Assembly: GCA_964636595.1 (NCBI GenBank)
Contig: CAZWSG010000009.1
Span: 65 to 64,064, forward strand
Origin: an uncultured Nitrosopumilaceae archaeon
GTDB lineage: Archaea > Thermoproteota > Nitrososphaeria > Nitrososphaerales > Nitrosopumilaceae
DNA: 64,000 nucleotides
Reading direction: 5' to 3'
Positions within the stretch are counted from its first letter, which is position 1; every line of letters begins with the position of its first letter. The notes beneath the pieces are model-generated. The model saw only the letters and a list, made by a program, of their open reading frames with translations, had not been told where the DNA came from and did not search any database. Shown here in pieces: positions 40,225-50,761 of the stretch. A program made the translations under genes and the position numbers.

Positions 40225-41292
40225 TTAAACGACCTTTTCCAGAGTGATTCCATCATCTTTTTTGATATCTCTATTTGCAGTTCGTCCAATTATGGAATTT
40301 CTATGGTCTAATTCCAGTCCTTCATCAGATCTTTTAGCTGTTATCTTTTCAGCTGTAATCTTTTCACCTTTTGCAATATCTGTCAAGGCAACTATCCTCT
40401 TCATTGATACTGATCTGTAAAATAATTCGTCTTTGCTTAACTGTTTGATATGTGGATTTTTTAACGAGTCTTCTATCTTTCTAATCCATTCTACTAGCTT
40501 GATTATTCCGTCCCTGTCAAGTGCAGCTTCATAGTCTTCCCCCTTTAGACTTCGGTCGTGAGTCACATGTTTTTCTATTAAATTTGAACCTGCCACCACC
40601 CCTGCAATTGGAACTACGAGGGCAAGTTCAGAGCCTCCATCTGTATGGTCTGCCATCCCTGCAGGTAGACCAAATGTACTTTGTAGTGTCTTGATGTATC
40701 CAATCTTTGCATTTTCTATAGATGTTGGATATGTCTGAATTCCATAAAGTAAACAAATGTCCAAATTTCCGGTCTCTCTTATCCATCCTATTGCTCGGTC
40801 TATCTCCCCAATGGAGCATCCTCCAACATTGAGTATGACTGGCTTGTTATTTTTGGCAACTTTCTTAATCAATTCTTCTTCTGCCATGCAAGAAGGATGC
40901 AATGCATAAAGATCCGGTTCTAATGTGGAGACAAATTTCTCACTTGGAATGTCATTGCACAATGCACTAACTAAAAGTCCCTTTGACTTTGCGTATGGTA
41001 TCAAAACCTTCCAAGCATCTTGTGATAGATTGATCTGTTCTAGATATTCATACAGTGGTTTTGTATTTGATGTCGAGGAGCTTTTTCCAACTCCAGCAGT
41101 ATAATTTCGAACCATGTAATCTGGCATTGAGGTGATATGAAAATTAATTGCATCAGTTTTTGCATCTACTGCATTGTCAATGATCTTTTTAGCCTTGTCA
41201 ATAGAGCCATCATGACCCCACGCCGTTTCTACTATTATGAATGTAGGATGTCCCGAACCAATGATCTTGTTTTTTATCTTTATCTCTCGCAT
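40225..41292 (-). CDS. second, divergent NeuB-family nonulosonic acid synthase
   Basis: PTFIIVETAWGHDG (variant of AEAGxNHNG), GMADHTDGG, IEKHVTHDRSLKGEDYEAAL, and a C-terminal SAF-like domain (MKRIVALTDIAKGEKI). Confidence 0.7.
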   Translation of the reverse strand: MREIKIKNKIIGSGHPTFIIVETAWGHDGSIDKAKKIIDNAVDAKTDAINFHITSMPDYMVRNYTAGVGKSSSTSNTKPLYEYLEQINLSQDAWKVLIPYAKSKGLLVSALCNDIPSEKFVSTLEPDLYALHPSCMAEEELIKKVAKNNKPVILNVGGCSIGEIDRAIGWIRETGNLDICLLYGIQTYPTSIENAKIGYIKTLQSTFGLPAGMADHTDGGSELALVVPIAGVVAGSNLIEKHVTHDRSLKGEDYEAALDRDGIIKLVEWIRKIEDSLKNPHIKQLSKDELFYRSVSMKRIVALTDIAKGEKITAEKITAKRSDEGLELDHRNSIIGRTANRDIKKDDGITLEKVV

Positions 41293-41365
41293 GCTTGACG
41301 TAATAATCTAGAGAATATAATAGTTAACCAGATTTCTAAGTTGAAAGCAAAAATCCTCTTATGTT

Positions 41366-43636
41366 CTAGTTCTTTGCTAATGATATTGCAATCTCTGCAA
41401 TTCTTCTTGATGATTGTCCATCTAATGGACCAAATACATCTGTAAATGCATCACTAACAAAACCGTTCTTTTTACTGTCCAGTAATTTTATCACATATTC
41501 ATAAATTTGATCTGGTCTTTCTATTTTTGTTACCAAGTCTTTAACTAACTTGATATGATTTGACTCATCATAAAATTGAGATTCGGGATAATCCATAAAT
41601 ATTACGGGACAATTCATGGCAATCGCTTCTGAAAATATGCTACTGAAGCTTCCTACTAGAACATCTGATATTGCCAAGAGTTCAACATTGTGTATGTCTG
41701 TACTGGGATGAACAAATACAAATTTCTCATTGCCAAATTTTTGTACAAGTTCGATTATGTGATTTATTTTATCGCCAGACCATGGCTTTACCAATACAAA
41801 AGTCTGAGGAATCTCCTGAGTGATTTTTACCAATTGTTTTATGGTCTTGATAAAATTGTCTTCAAGGGTTACATAAACTCCAGGTGGGTGAAATGTACCA
41901 GCAAAAATTATGATTCTGCAATTTTTTGGTAATCCTAATCTTTCCTTGAGGAGTCCTTGGTATAGACTTGATTTTTCATTTACAAACGTATCCAATCTAC
42001 AATATCCAGTTACATCTAACATATTTGGTTTGAATCCATATGATAAGAAATTTTTCTCATGAGTTTTCCCCCAAAGAGCTATTTTTTCTGGTATGGGAAA
42101 TCCCAGTTTATTTTTACTTTCGATGTTTTGTAGTCCAAATTCTAGTTTGTTTAAAGCATGAATATATGGTCCTAATGCCTGTTGAACCCCCACGGTTGGA
42201 ATCTGATTTAAAATACATGCTGCAACTATATTTCTAAATGTGCCCTCGTAATTGTTCATGACCACTACTAACGGCTTGATCTTTTCTACAATGTCTACAA
42301 AGATTTCAAAACTAAGTATTGATTTTATTGTATTTGTATAACAATCACAAAGATCTTTGATTAAAAATTCGGAGATGTCTATCCCTTTGAAAATAAATGA
42401 TTTTTTGAAATTCTCATCATCATTTAATTCATTATTGAATTCGGAAATCAATCTAGTAAATTCGTTCTCAGCCTCAAAATGCTTCTTTTTTAGAAAGCCA
42501 CTAAACGTTAGAGAATGTTTACCGTCTATTAATTTTGGAATTTTCAGAAAGCTTGTTCCGTGATACAAGCAAAATACCTCAAGTTTCTCACGTTGTGCAA
42601 CAATTTGTAATGCTTGTGGAAGATTCTCCAGATATGGGTGATACTGACTTTTCTTATAATTCACAAGGGATCTGCGATTTTTTATCGCATCTGCCTCACA
42701 AATTATCAATATGGGGCGAATTACAGATTTTTTACCTGATAGAAAATTTGCAATTTTATTTATATAATTCCTCGGCAAGTTTCCTAATCTCTTATTGAAA
42801 TTTTGTATTTTTTTATCGGTTTTTGCTATTGATGAATTCAAATAATCTGTGGCACCAGTATTGTGTGCAGTCAAACTTCCACTTTGGGATAAGGTAAGAT
42901 CTGGTGAAACTCTCATGTTGGCTATAGTTAACGAGCCAATCAAGGCTGGCAATGAAACTAAACGTGAGACAAGTGATTTGTTTTGCGTTATTATTAATGA
43001 GAACGGTATTGCAATTGGAAGACTGAGCAAGACTGATCGTAATTTTACTAACCTTCGTTCATTATTTTTTAATAGTTTGCCTATTATGCGAATATCATTA
43101 GATCTATTTTCATTTTCCTCTACATGTATTTGTCCTTGTACATAGTCAAGATGTTTCATTTTTCTATGAAGATTTATCTTTACTAATATGGGCTTGTTCC
43201 ATTTTTCTTCGCCATCCCCTACTGTGACAAAGGAATCAGCAGGATTTGTATCCAAAATGTAGTTTACTATTTCCATGAATCGAATAACCCTAAACGATTT
43301 TTCCTGTAATCCAATTTCTGCTAGCCACCAGATGGGAATTTCTTTGTAGACTAGTGATTCTATTAGAGATTTGCCTGTTTTAAGATTCGAATGTCCCAAA
43401 TTGAGAATCCATTGATTTGATATTTCTCTAAATTCCTTACCATATTCTAGACCGTATTGTGATATGTGTTTTGAATTGTATGATGTGGGCAATTCTATTT
43501 CGGCATTTTTGGATAGGTTTACAATAGTTGTGACGGAATAATTCTTTTGGGTTAGTTTCTCAAGTACCTCTATCAAATGTCGTTTATCAGAAGTGAAGGT
43601 AAATAGTATGCAATTCATTATTACACAATTCTCCAA
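41366..43636 (-). CDS. large (756 aa) putative glycan polymerase or transferase with a TagF/capsule-synthesis-like C-terminal domain
   Basis: C-terminal ISDVLVGSFSSIFSEAIAMNCPVIFMDY resembles the family motif seen in 19800, 29964 and 31818. The N-terminal half is unassigned, with a hydrophobic segment near aa 205-235. Confidence 0.3.
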   Translation of the reverse strand: MENCVIMNCILFTFTSDKRHLIEVLEKLTQKNYSVTTIVNLSKNAEIELPTSYNSKHISQYGLEYGKEFREISNQWILNLGHSNLKTGKSLIESLVYKEIPIWWLAEIGLQEKSFRVIRFMEIVNYILDTNPADSFVTVGDGEEKWNKPILVKINLHRKMKHLDYVQGQIHVEENENRSNDIRIIGKLLKNNERRLVKLRSVLLSLPIAIPFSLIITQNKSLVSRLVSLPALIGSLTIANMRVSPDLTLSQSGSLTAHNTGATDYLNSSIAKTDKKIQNFNKRLGNLPRNYINKIANFLSGKKSVIRPILIICEADAIKNRRSLVNYKKSQYHPYLENLPQALQIVAQREKLEVFCLYHGTSFLKIPKLIDGKHSLTFSGFLKKKHFEAENEFTRLISEFNNELNDDENFKKSFIFKGIDISEFLIKDLCDCYTNTIKSILSFEIFVDIVEKIKPLVVVMNNYEGTFRNIVAACILNQIPTVGVQQALGPYIHALNKLEFGLQNIESKNKLGFPIPEKIALWGKTHEKNFLSYGFKPNMLDVTGYCRLDTFVNEKSSLYQGLLKERLGLPKNCRIIIFAGTFHPPGVYVTLEDNFIKTIKQLVKITQEIPQTFVLVKPWSGDKINHIIELVQKFGNEKFVFVHPSTDIHNVELLAISDVLVGSFSSIFSEAIAMNCPVIFMDYPESQFYDESNHIKLVKDLVTKIERPDQIYEYVIKLLDSKKNGFVSDAFTDVFGPLDGQSSRRIAEIAISLAKN

Positions 43637-43751
43637 GATTCTAATTATTGAGTCTACTGGATTTGTGACAATGTTAATTTCTAAATTAGAATTTTTGCTT
43701 TACCGAAACGTGATGGTATAATTTTTTGATACTGTGTAATGCAAAACACGT

Positions 43752-43837
43752 ACAAATTTTTCAATCAACAGATAGGAATTCTTAATAAATTAACTCATCT
43801 AATCAAAAATATAATGCGTTTTAAAAATTGGAAACAA
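43752..43837 (+). promoter_or_regulatory. promoter/5' cassette copy B
   Basis: Matches 38376-38460, including GGAATTCTTAATAAATTAACT (21/21) and ATGCGTTTTAAAAA(C/T)TGGAAACAA. Confidence 0.55.
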
Positions 43838-44218
43838 CCAACAATACGGGAAGGCAAACTGACAAAATGGAATTGGATGGTACAACATGCACAAAATTTG
43901 AAAATTGGAAAGTATGTTGATATTGGAGCTTTTACTTACATAAATGCCAAGTTTGCAGTCATAATGGAAGAGAATGTCGAGATTGGATCACATTGTTCAA
44001 TTTACTCTTACTCTTCAATTGACAATAAAAAAGGTCCAGTTATACTCAAAAAGAATTGTAAGATAGGAACTCATTCAGTTGTGATGCCGAATGTTACAGT
44101 GGGAGAAAACTCTACTGTTGCAGCATTTAGCTTTGTTAACAAAGATGTGCCTCCAAATGTAATTGTTGGAGGCGTGCCTGCAAAAATAATAAAAAATATG
44201 AACAAACTACAAACATGA
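43814..44218 (+). CDS. hexapeptide-repeat (left-handed beta-helix) acetyltransferase, LegH/NeuD-like
   Basis: IGKYVDIGAFTYI ... VEIGSHCSIY ... CKIGTHSVVMPNVTVGENSTVAAFSFV ... VGGVPAKII. Start set at ATG 43814 because the 75 nt upstream are the duplicated non-coding cassette. Confidence 0.7.
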   Translation: MRFKNWKQPTIREGKLTKWNWMVQHAQNLKIGKYVDIGAFTYINAKFAVIMEENVEIGSHCSIYSYSSIDNKKGPVILKKNCKIGTHSVVMPNVTVGENSTVAAFSFVNKDVPPNVIVGGVPAKIIKNMNKLQT

Positions 44219-45372
44219 CAAAAAAATATTCCAGGAGAAAAATTGCTGTAGTTACAGGAACAAGGGCTGAATATGGAATTTTAACATCGCTTTTACATGA
44301 AATAAAACAGAGTAAAAAACTTGAACTTTATCTGATTGTGGCAGGAACACATTTAGAAAAAAAATTCGGTTATTCCATTGAAGGAATAATCAAAGACGGA
44401 TTCAAAATATCTAATACTGTACAAATGACTTCTGGAAATACTGGTTATGACATGTCTATGGCAACATCACAAGGAATTACACAATTTTCAAAAGTTTACG
44501 AAAAAATCAAGCCTGACTTTAATATCATACTTGGAGATCGAGATGAACCATTTGCAGCAGCTATTGCAGCTATGCACATGAACATGATCAATATACACAT
44601 TCACGGAGGCGAGAGCTCAAAAGGTGGAATAGACGAATACATAAGACATGCAATAACTAAGATCTCAAATATTCACTTTGCAGCAACCAAACAAAGTGCA
44701 CAGCGAATAATAAAAATGGGTGAAAACAAAAAATATGTTTTTGTGACAGGCTCACCTTCAATTGATGGTATAATGAATACTGAATATCTTACAAAGGATC
44801 AAGTTCTTGAAAAATTTGGATTAAAGGATAACTATGTACTTGCAGTGCAACATCCAGTTACTACTCAAACAAAAGATGCAGGCAACCAAATGAAAAAAAC
44901 TCTTGATGCTCTAGTAAAATGGGGACAAGATGCAGTAATCATAGGGCCAAACTCTGATGCAGGACATCGTGAAATATTTCAATTGATAAAACAATATATT
45001 CAAACTTACAAATTTTTAAAATTCCACGTAAACCTATCACGAAAGGATTATCTCTCTTTACTAAAATATTGTGATTTTATAATCGGGAATTCAAGTAGTG
45101 GAATAATTGATGCGCCATCATTTAAGAAACCCACAATTAACATAGGCATACGCCAGATTGGAAGAGAGTCTGCATCCAACATAATAAACACACAACACAA
45201 TGTAAATTCAATCATATTAGCCATAAGACATGCTCATTCTATTCCATTCCAAAAAACTTTACAAAAATGTACAAACCCCTATGGGGATGGAAAGGCTTCT
45301 AAGAGAATTGTCAAAATACTTGAAACTATACAAATCACTGATGATATGATTCAAAAGAAAATATCGTATTAG
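44215..45372 (+). CDS. neuC: UDP-N-acetylglucosamine 2-epimerase (hydrolysing), NeuC/LegG-like
   Basis: KIAVVTGTRAEYGILTSLL, LGDRDEPFAAAIAA, IHIHGGE, GNSSSGIIDAPSF. Confidence 0.85.
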   Translation: MTKKYSRRKIAVVTGTRAEYGILTSLLHEIKQSKKLELYLIVAGTHLEKKFGYSIEGIIKDGFKISNTVQMTSGNTGYDMSMATSQGITQFSKVYEKIKPDFNIILGDRDEPFAAAIAAMHMNMINIHIHGGESSKGGIDEYIRHAITKISNIHFAATKQSAQRIIKMGENKKYVFVTGSPSIDGIMNTEYLTKDQVLEKFGLKDNYVLAVQHPVTTQTKDAGNQMKKTLDALVKWGQDAVIIGPNSDAGHREIFQLIKQYIQTYKFLKFHVNLSRKDYLSLLKYCDFIIGNSSSGIIDAPSFKKPTINIGIRQIGRESASNIINTQHNVNSIILAIRHAHSIPFQKTLQKCTNPYGDGKASKRIVKILETIQITDDMIQKKISY

Positions 45373-45391
45373 CGTATGGAAATCTTTTTAC

Positions 45392-46723
45392 TTGTATCGA
45401 TTATATCGAGAACACATTAGTTTGAAGATTACTAAATCACTCAAATATCTAAAACATGCAGAAAAGAGGATACCTGCTCTAACTCAGACATTTAGCAAGG
45501 CAGCATTTACCTTTGTCAAGGGGGTTTATCCTGTTTACGTAGACCATGCTTATGGAAGTCATATGGTTGACGTTGATGGCAATGACTACATTGACTATCT
45601 CTGTGGTCTTGGTCCGATAATTCTAGGATATGGTTACAAGTCCGTAAATGACGCCATAAAGGAGCAGCTAAAAAATGGCATACTATTTTCATTGCCACAT
45701 AAACTAGAGCTTGACCTTGCAGATACAATATGCAATACTATTCCATGTGCAGAGATGGTAAAATATTCAAAGACTGGTTCTGATGCAGTAACACTTGCAA
45801 TAAGGGCTGCAAGGGCAATCACAAAAAGAGACAAAATTGCGTACTGTGGAACCATGGGAGTACAACATGATTGGCAGACTACGCTGACTACAAGAGATTA
45901 TGGAATCCCGAAATGGAACAGAAAACAGATCGAGGTCTTTGAATATAACAAAATTGAAACACTTGAAGAAATTTTTGAAAGAGATGGAAAAAATATTGCA
46001 GCAGTATGTATGGAACCCACAATGTTTGAACTACCAAAGGAAAACTTTCTCAAGAAAGCAAAAGAGATTGCTCATAAAAATGGAGCCGTATTGATCTTTG
46101 ATGAAATTGTGACAGGATATCGTTTTGCAGTTGGAGGAGGGCAGGAAAAATTTGGTGTTATACCTGACATTACCACATTGGGCAAGGGACTTGCTAATGG
46201 TATGCCACTTGGAGCAGTAGTTGGAAAAACTGAATTTATGAAGATATTTGACGACGTGTTCTTTTCATCAACAAACCAAGGTGAGACATTGTCTTTGGCA
46301 GCTGGCAAGGCAACTATAGATGAAATTAAAACCAAAAATGTTCCAAAATATCTCTGGAATATTGGAACAAAACTGATGGACGGTTATAATAAAATAGCAA
46401 AAGAAAATGAAACAGGAATTAGCTTTACTGGCTATCCAATTAGGATGAAGCCTATTTGTATAGATTCTGATGGAAAAGAGTCACTTGAAATCAAGAGCTT
46501 GTTACTACAAGAAATGGTAACACGTGGAGTATTCCTTCATCCTGGAGTTGACTATATTGGATTCTCTCATACCTCTGATGATGTCAAAAAAACACTTGAT
46601 GCCTTTGAAGAGTCAGTCGAGGTTATCAAAAAAGCTGTCAAAACTAATACTGTGAAAAAACAACTTCGTGGAGACATAATAAAACCAGTATTTCCTCCAA
46701 AGAAAAAAGGTGGCAAGAAATGA
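45392..46723 (+). CDS. class III PLP aminotransferase (glutamate-1-semialdehyde aminomutase-like)
   Basis: GSHMVDVDGNDYIDYLCGLGPIILGY, LIFDEIVTGYRF, TTLGKGLANGMPLGAV (PLP lysine). Confidence 0.75.
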   Translation: MYRLYREHISLKITKSLKYLKHAEKRIPALTQTFSKAAFTFVKGVYPVYVDHAYGSHMVDVDGNDYIDYLCGLGPIILGYGYKSVNDAIKEQLKNGILFSLPHKLELDLADTICNTIPCAEMVKYSKTGSDAVTLAIRAARAITKRDKIAYCGTMGVQHDWQTTLTTRDYGIPKWNRKQIEVFEYNKIETLEEIFERDGKNIAAVCMEPTMFELPKENFLKKAKEIAHKNGAVLIFDEIVTGYRFAVGGGQEKFGVIPDITTLGKGLANGMPLGAVVGKTEFMKIFDDVFFSSTNQGETLSLAAGKATIDEIKTKNVPKYLWNIGTKLMDGYNKIAKENETGISFTGYPIRMKPICIDSDGKESLEIKSLLLQEMVTRGVFLHPGVDYIGFSHTSDDVKKTLDAFEESVEVIKKAVKTNTVKKQLRGDIIKPVFPPKKKGGKK

Positions 46724-47733
46724 AGTTTTTAGTTGTGGGATTGGGAAGTATGGGCAAGCGAAGGATCCGCAACTTGATGTATCTTAATCATACTGACATA
46801 ATTGGATGTGATACATCCCAAGAAAGAAGATCAGAAGTAGAATCCAAATATTCTATCAAGACTTTTTCAAATCTGGATGAAGCCTTTGCACAAAAACCGG
46901 ATGCTGTGATTATATCAACTCCTCCTGAAAAACATTATGATATTGCAGTAAAGACTGCAGAACAAGGATTTCCATTCTTTATGGAGGCAAATGTAATTCC
47001 AGATGGTTTTGAAAAAGTTGTATTAACATGTTCCAAGAAAGATGTATTCTATGCACCATCATGTACCATGCGATTTAATCCTAGTCTAAGAAAAGTAAAT
47101 GAACTTGTTAAAAATAACAGCATAGGCAAAGTCTTGGCATTTGTGTATCATGTTGGACAATACCTTCCTGACTGGCATCCATATGAAGATTATAGAACAT
47201 TTTATGTTAGTAAAAAAGAAACGGGTGCTTGCAGAGAGATAGTTCCATTTGAACTAAACTGGTTATCTTGGACATTTGGAGATATAACAAATCTTGCTGC
47301 AATGAAAAGAAAAGTATCAAAATTAGAATCTGATATAGATGATATCTATGCCACAATTTTAGAATTTGACTCTGGCATTGTGGGAAATTTAGTAGTTGAT
47401 GTGTTAAGCAGAGTACCATATCGTACTTTGAAGATAATTGGTGAGGAGGGTGTAATAACATGGGAGTGGATAGAAAAGAAGGTCCGTGTATATCATACAT
47501 CTACAAAATCATGGGATGAACATGTAGAGCCTCCTGGAATTAAGATAGAAGGATACGTTGCAGAAGAAAACCAGTACATAGATGAAATGTCCTCGTTTGT
47601 ATCAGGACTACATGATCCATCAAATTATTCACATAATCCACAAAGTGAGCAGAGAATACTTGATATTTTAAAGAAGATAGAAGAGAGCTCTGAACAGGGG
47701 ATGCACACAACAGTAAAACAAAAAATCAAATGA
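46720..47733 (+). CDS. Gfo/Idh/MocA-family NAD(P)-dependent oxidoreductase
   Basis: MKFLVVGLGSMGKRRIRNL Rossmann N-terminus; about 337 aa. Translationally coupled to its neighbours. Confidence 0.65.
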   Translation: MKFLVVGLGSMGKRRIRNLMYLNHTDIIGCDTSQERRSEVESKYSIKTFSNLDEAFAQKPDAVIISTPPEKHYDIAVKTAEQGFPFFMEANVIPDGFEKVVLTCSKKDVFYAPSCTMRFNPSLRKVNELVKNNSIGKVLAFVYHVGQYLPDWHPYEDYRTFYVSKKETGACREIVPFELNWLSWTFGDITNLAAMKRKVSKLESDIDDIYATILEFDSGIVGNLVVDVLSRVPYRTLKIIGEEGVITWEWIEKKVRVYHTSTKSWDEHVEPPGIKIEGYVAEENQYIDEMSSFVSGLHDPSNYSHNPQSEQRILDILKKIEESSEQGMHTTVKQKIK

Positions 47734-48893
47734 GAATTCTCTACTTTACACAGCTATTCTATCCTGTACTCTTTGGTGGTGGCGAGTACATCTTTTACCA
47801 GTGGGCAAAAGATCTCTCAAAAAAAGGCCACCAAGTTTTTGTCATAACACAGCGATTGGAAAATACCTCACCTCACGAAACAGTAAACGGAATTGAGATA
47901 TTTCGAGTAGGATCTCCAGTAAAACTATCTGGAACATTACCTATAGGGATTACATCAAACCTATCATTTTTGATATCATCGTTTTTCAAAGGAATTGATA
48001 TCGTAAAAAAGAACAAAATAGATCTAATCCACTCAAATACATACATTCCAGTATTTGCAGCCCACTTGTGTTCTAAACTGACAAACAGGCCGCACATTGT
48101 TACAATGCACGATGTTTACTATTCCGCCAAGGACAATTTTTGGAAGTCTTGGTCAAAACAAGAAAAAATATCTCCAGTTTCCGGAATCCTAGGCCCAATA
48201 ATCGAAAAACTGATAGCAAAACTGTCTGTCACATTTCATACTGTAAGTGAACAAAGCAAACAAGATATGCAGTCTTCTCTTGGAATAAAAAAGAAAATCA
48301 TGGTGATTCCAAACGGTATTGATCTAGACGAATATGACATACAAAATAAAAACACTGAAAATCAAGTCATATTTATCGGTAGACTGGTATTTTACAAGAA
48401 TGTAGAGATGCTACTTGGGGCATTTGCAAAGGTTATACAAAAAATTCCAAACTCTAAATTAATTATAATTGGAGATGGACCTCTAAAAATATTTCTTGAG
48501 AAAAAGGCAGAATCATTGAAAATCAAAAACAACATAAAATTTACAGGAAATATACCTGATTCAGAAAAAATTGACCTGTTATCTAAATCAAGATTTTTAT
48601 TAAATCCAAGCCTTGTGGAAGGATTTGGCATTGTGGTACTTGAGGCATTTGCCTGCAGAAAACCAGTTCTCGTATCTGACACAAAACCCCTCTCAGATCT
48701 TGTGGCAAATTCTGTAGATGGATTCATTGTATCCTCTCATGATGTAGATGCCTGGGCTGAAAAAATAATCCAGTTACTGTCTAATCCCAAACTGTGTGAT
48801 ACCATGGGAGAAAAGGGAAGAATCAAGGCATCCGACTATTCAATTTCCAAATTGTCTGGTAAAATGTTGGAATTGTACCAGTCCGTGATTTGA
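47730..48893 (+). CDS. glycosyltransferase family 4
   Basis: SLVEGFGIVVLEAFACRKPVLVSD (EX7E motif). Confidence 0.75.
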   Translation: MRILYFTQLFYPVLFGGGEYIFYQWAKDLSKKGHQVFVITQRLENTSPHETVNGIEIFRVGSPVKLSGTLPIGITSNLSFLISSFFKGIDIVKKNKIDLIHSNTYIPVFAAHLCSKLTNRPHIVTMHDVYYSAKDNFWKSWSKQEKISPVSGILGPIIEKLIAKLSVTFHTVSEQSKQDMQSSLGIKKKIMVIPNGIDLDEYDIQNKNTENQVIFIGRLVFYKNVEMLLGAFAKVIQKIPNSKLIIIGDGPLKIFLEKKAESLKIKNNIKFTGNIPDSEKIDLLSKSRFLLNPSLVEGFGIVVLEAFACRKPVLVSDTKPLSDLVANSVDGFIVSSHDVDAWAEKIIQLLSNPKLCDTMGEKGRIKASDYSISKLSGKMLELYQSVI

Positions 48894-48905
48894 CGGGATT
48901 CGATT

Positions 48906-50087
48906 TTATTCTGTATCTTGCCTAGCCTTTATCGCATTGGAATACATTTCTATGATCTTCTGACTCATCAATTGCTCGCTGTATAGGCTATCGAGGGTCT
49001 TGTTGCCATTTTTCCCCATTATTGATGATTCTTGTAGATTACTTGACATCCTCAACAAATACTCTGCCCAAATTGCATCATCATGAGAATCCAAGACATA
49101 ACCAGTGGTACCGTGTGATACTATGCTAGACATGGGTCTAACGTTTGAAACCAAAACTGGCCTAGATTGAGAAAATGCCTCCAAAATTACAAGCCCAAAT
49201 CCTTCGCACAAGCTAGGAAATACAAGTGCATTGGAAGATGCGATCATCTCCATCTTTTCATTTGAGGTCACATATCCTATAAATTCTACATTTGATTCCA
49301 GTCCTAGACTTTTCACAAGTTTCTCCAAGGTTTTTCTGTAAGGCCCGTCACCAACTATGGATAGTTTTATCCTGGGTTCTTTCTTTTTTGCAATGCTAAT
49401 TGCCTTGATTATAACTTCAAGATTTTTATAAAATACCAGTCTACCTACATGCACAAACCTCAAAGGATCTATCTCAATCTGTTTCTCTTGTGATCTATTT
49501 TCTATTGCATTGTAAATTATATGGATTGGATCTCTTGCACCAAATTGTATCAAATCATCCCTTGTTGCCTCGCTTACGGTATGAATGCAGTCATGCCTGA
49601 TCTTTACCATTAATTTTTCAAAAAATGGAGCCAAGGCTACATTTATTCTTGATACGTTGCTTTGTATGCCCCATTGTTTCCAATAGTTTCTTCCACAAAG
49701 CGAAAACACATCATGTATTGCTATGATGTGCGGTGCTGAGGTAAGACTTGACAATATGGATCCAGCAAGAGATGGCGCAAAATTATTCGAGTGAACAACA
49801 TCTATCTTTTCTTTTTTTATTACTTTCAAACCTGCTCTAATGGCATTAATGGCATATCTTGCATTGTCTACAAATCCTGGCGGAAGTCCTCCCTTGTATT
49901 GCAGAGTGGGTGCAACAAAAATTAATTGTACATTTTTGTGAACCTTGTAATCTTCATCTATTATTTTATTTGTTATAACAAATACATTGTGTCCTTTTTC
50001 TGCAAGATTTTTTGCAATCAAGCTAAAGATATGTTCTCCACCTCCTCTAGTGGTTGAAAAAAACTGGGTCAAAAGAAGTATGTTCAT
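48906..50087 (-). CDS. glycosyltransferase family 4
   Basis: SLCEGFGLVILEAFSQSRPVLVSN (EX7E motif). Confidence 0.75.
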   Translation of the reverse strand: MNILLLTQFFSTTRGGGEHIFSLIAKNLAEKGHNVFVITNKIIDEDYKVHKNVQLIFVAPTLQYKGGLPPGFVDNARYAINAIRAGLKVIKKEKIDVVHSNNFAPSLAGSILSSLTSAPHIIAIHDVFSLCGRNYWKQWGIQSNVSRINVALAPFFEKLMVKIRHDCIHTVSEATRDDLIQFGARDPIHIIYNAIENRSQEKQIEIDPLRFVHVGRLVFYKNLEVIIKAISIAKKKEPRIKLSIVGDGPYRKTLEKLVKSLGLESNVEFIGYVTSNEKMEMIASSNALVFPSLCEGFGLVILEAFSQSRPVLVSNVRPMSSIVSHGTTGYVLDSHDDAIWAEYLLRMSSNLQESSIMGKNGNKTLDSLYSEQLMSQKIIEMYSNAIKARQDTE

Positions 50088-50192
50088 TTTGATCTCATTT
50101 TACTTTTGTATGTCATATAACTATGCTTTTGGGTAAATGTTACCAAATCTCAAAGATGAAACTAGAAAGATCTGAAGAGTAATTAACTACGC

Positions 50193-50729
50193 ATGGAACT
50201 AAAAATCATGACAGCCCCAGTCATCTGGCTTACAGGCATCCCGGCTTCTGGAAAAACCACTCTCTCAATACTTTTACAAGACTATTACAAAAGCAAAAAC
50301 ATACCAGTTGACATACTAGACGGTGACGAAATAAGAAAAACACTAAGCTCAGATTTGGGATTCTCACCCAAAGACAGAAAGGAGCACAATAGACGAGTAA
50401 TCATTCTAGCAAAACTGTTATCAAAAAATGGTATTACTACAATTGTTCCACTGATATCACCATACGAAGAAACAAGGCAAAACGCAAGAAAAGAGATTCC
50501 AAACTTTGTCGAAGTATACGTAAAAGCTTCTCTGGAAACATGCCAAAAAAGAGACCCAAAGGGATTGTACAAAAAAGCTAAAGCAGGCGAGATACAAAAC
50601 CTAACTGGACTCTCATCACCATATGAAGAGCCAGAAAACCCAGAACTGGTCCTTGATACTGAAAAACACTCAAAAGAAAAATGCCTTGACATGATTCTAT
50701 CCAAGCTAAAAACTCTTGGATATCTGTAA
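50193..50729 (+). CDS. cysC: adenylylsulfate (APS) kinase, copy 2
   Basis: VIWLTGIPASGKTTLS, LDGDEIRKTLSSDLGFSPKDRKEHNRRV, PLISPY, KRDPKGLYKKAKAGEIQNLTGLSSPYEEP. Confidence 0.9.
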   Translation: MELKIMTAPVIWLTGIPASGKTTLSILLQDYYKSKNIPVDILDGDEIRKTLSSDLGFSPKDRKEHNRRVIILAKLLSKNGITTIVPLISPYEETRQNARKEIPNFVEVYVKASLETCQKRDPKGLYKKAKAGEIQNLTGLSSPYEEPENPELVLDTEKHSKEKCLDMILSKLKTLGYL

Positions 50730-50761
50730 AACTCTATTCCTTGTCTAGTAATAAAATTAGA

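Noticed and set aside
43739-43813. N-terminal 25-aa extension of the acetyltransferase (track ORF start 43739)
   Set aside because: This stretch is the duplicated cassette that is non-coding upstream of neuB, and the shared ATG (43814) is the consistent start.
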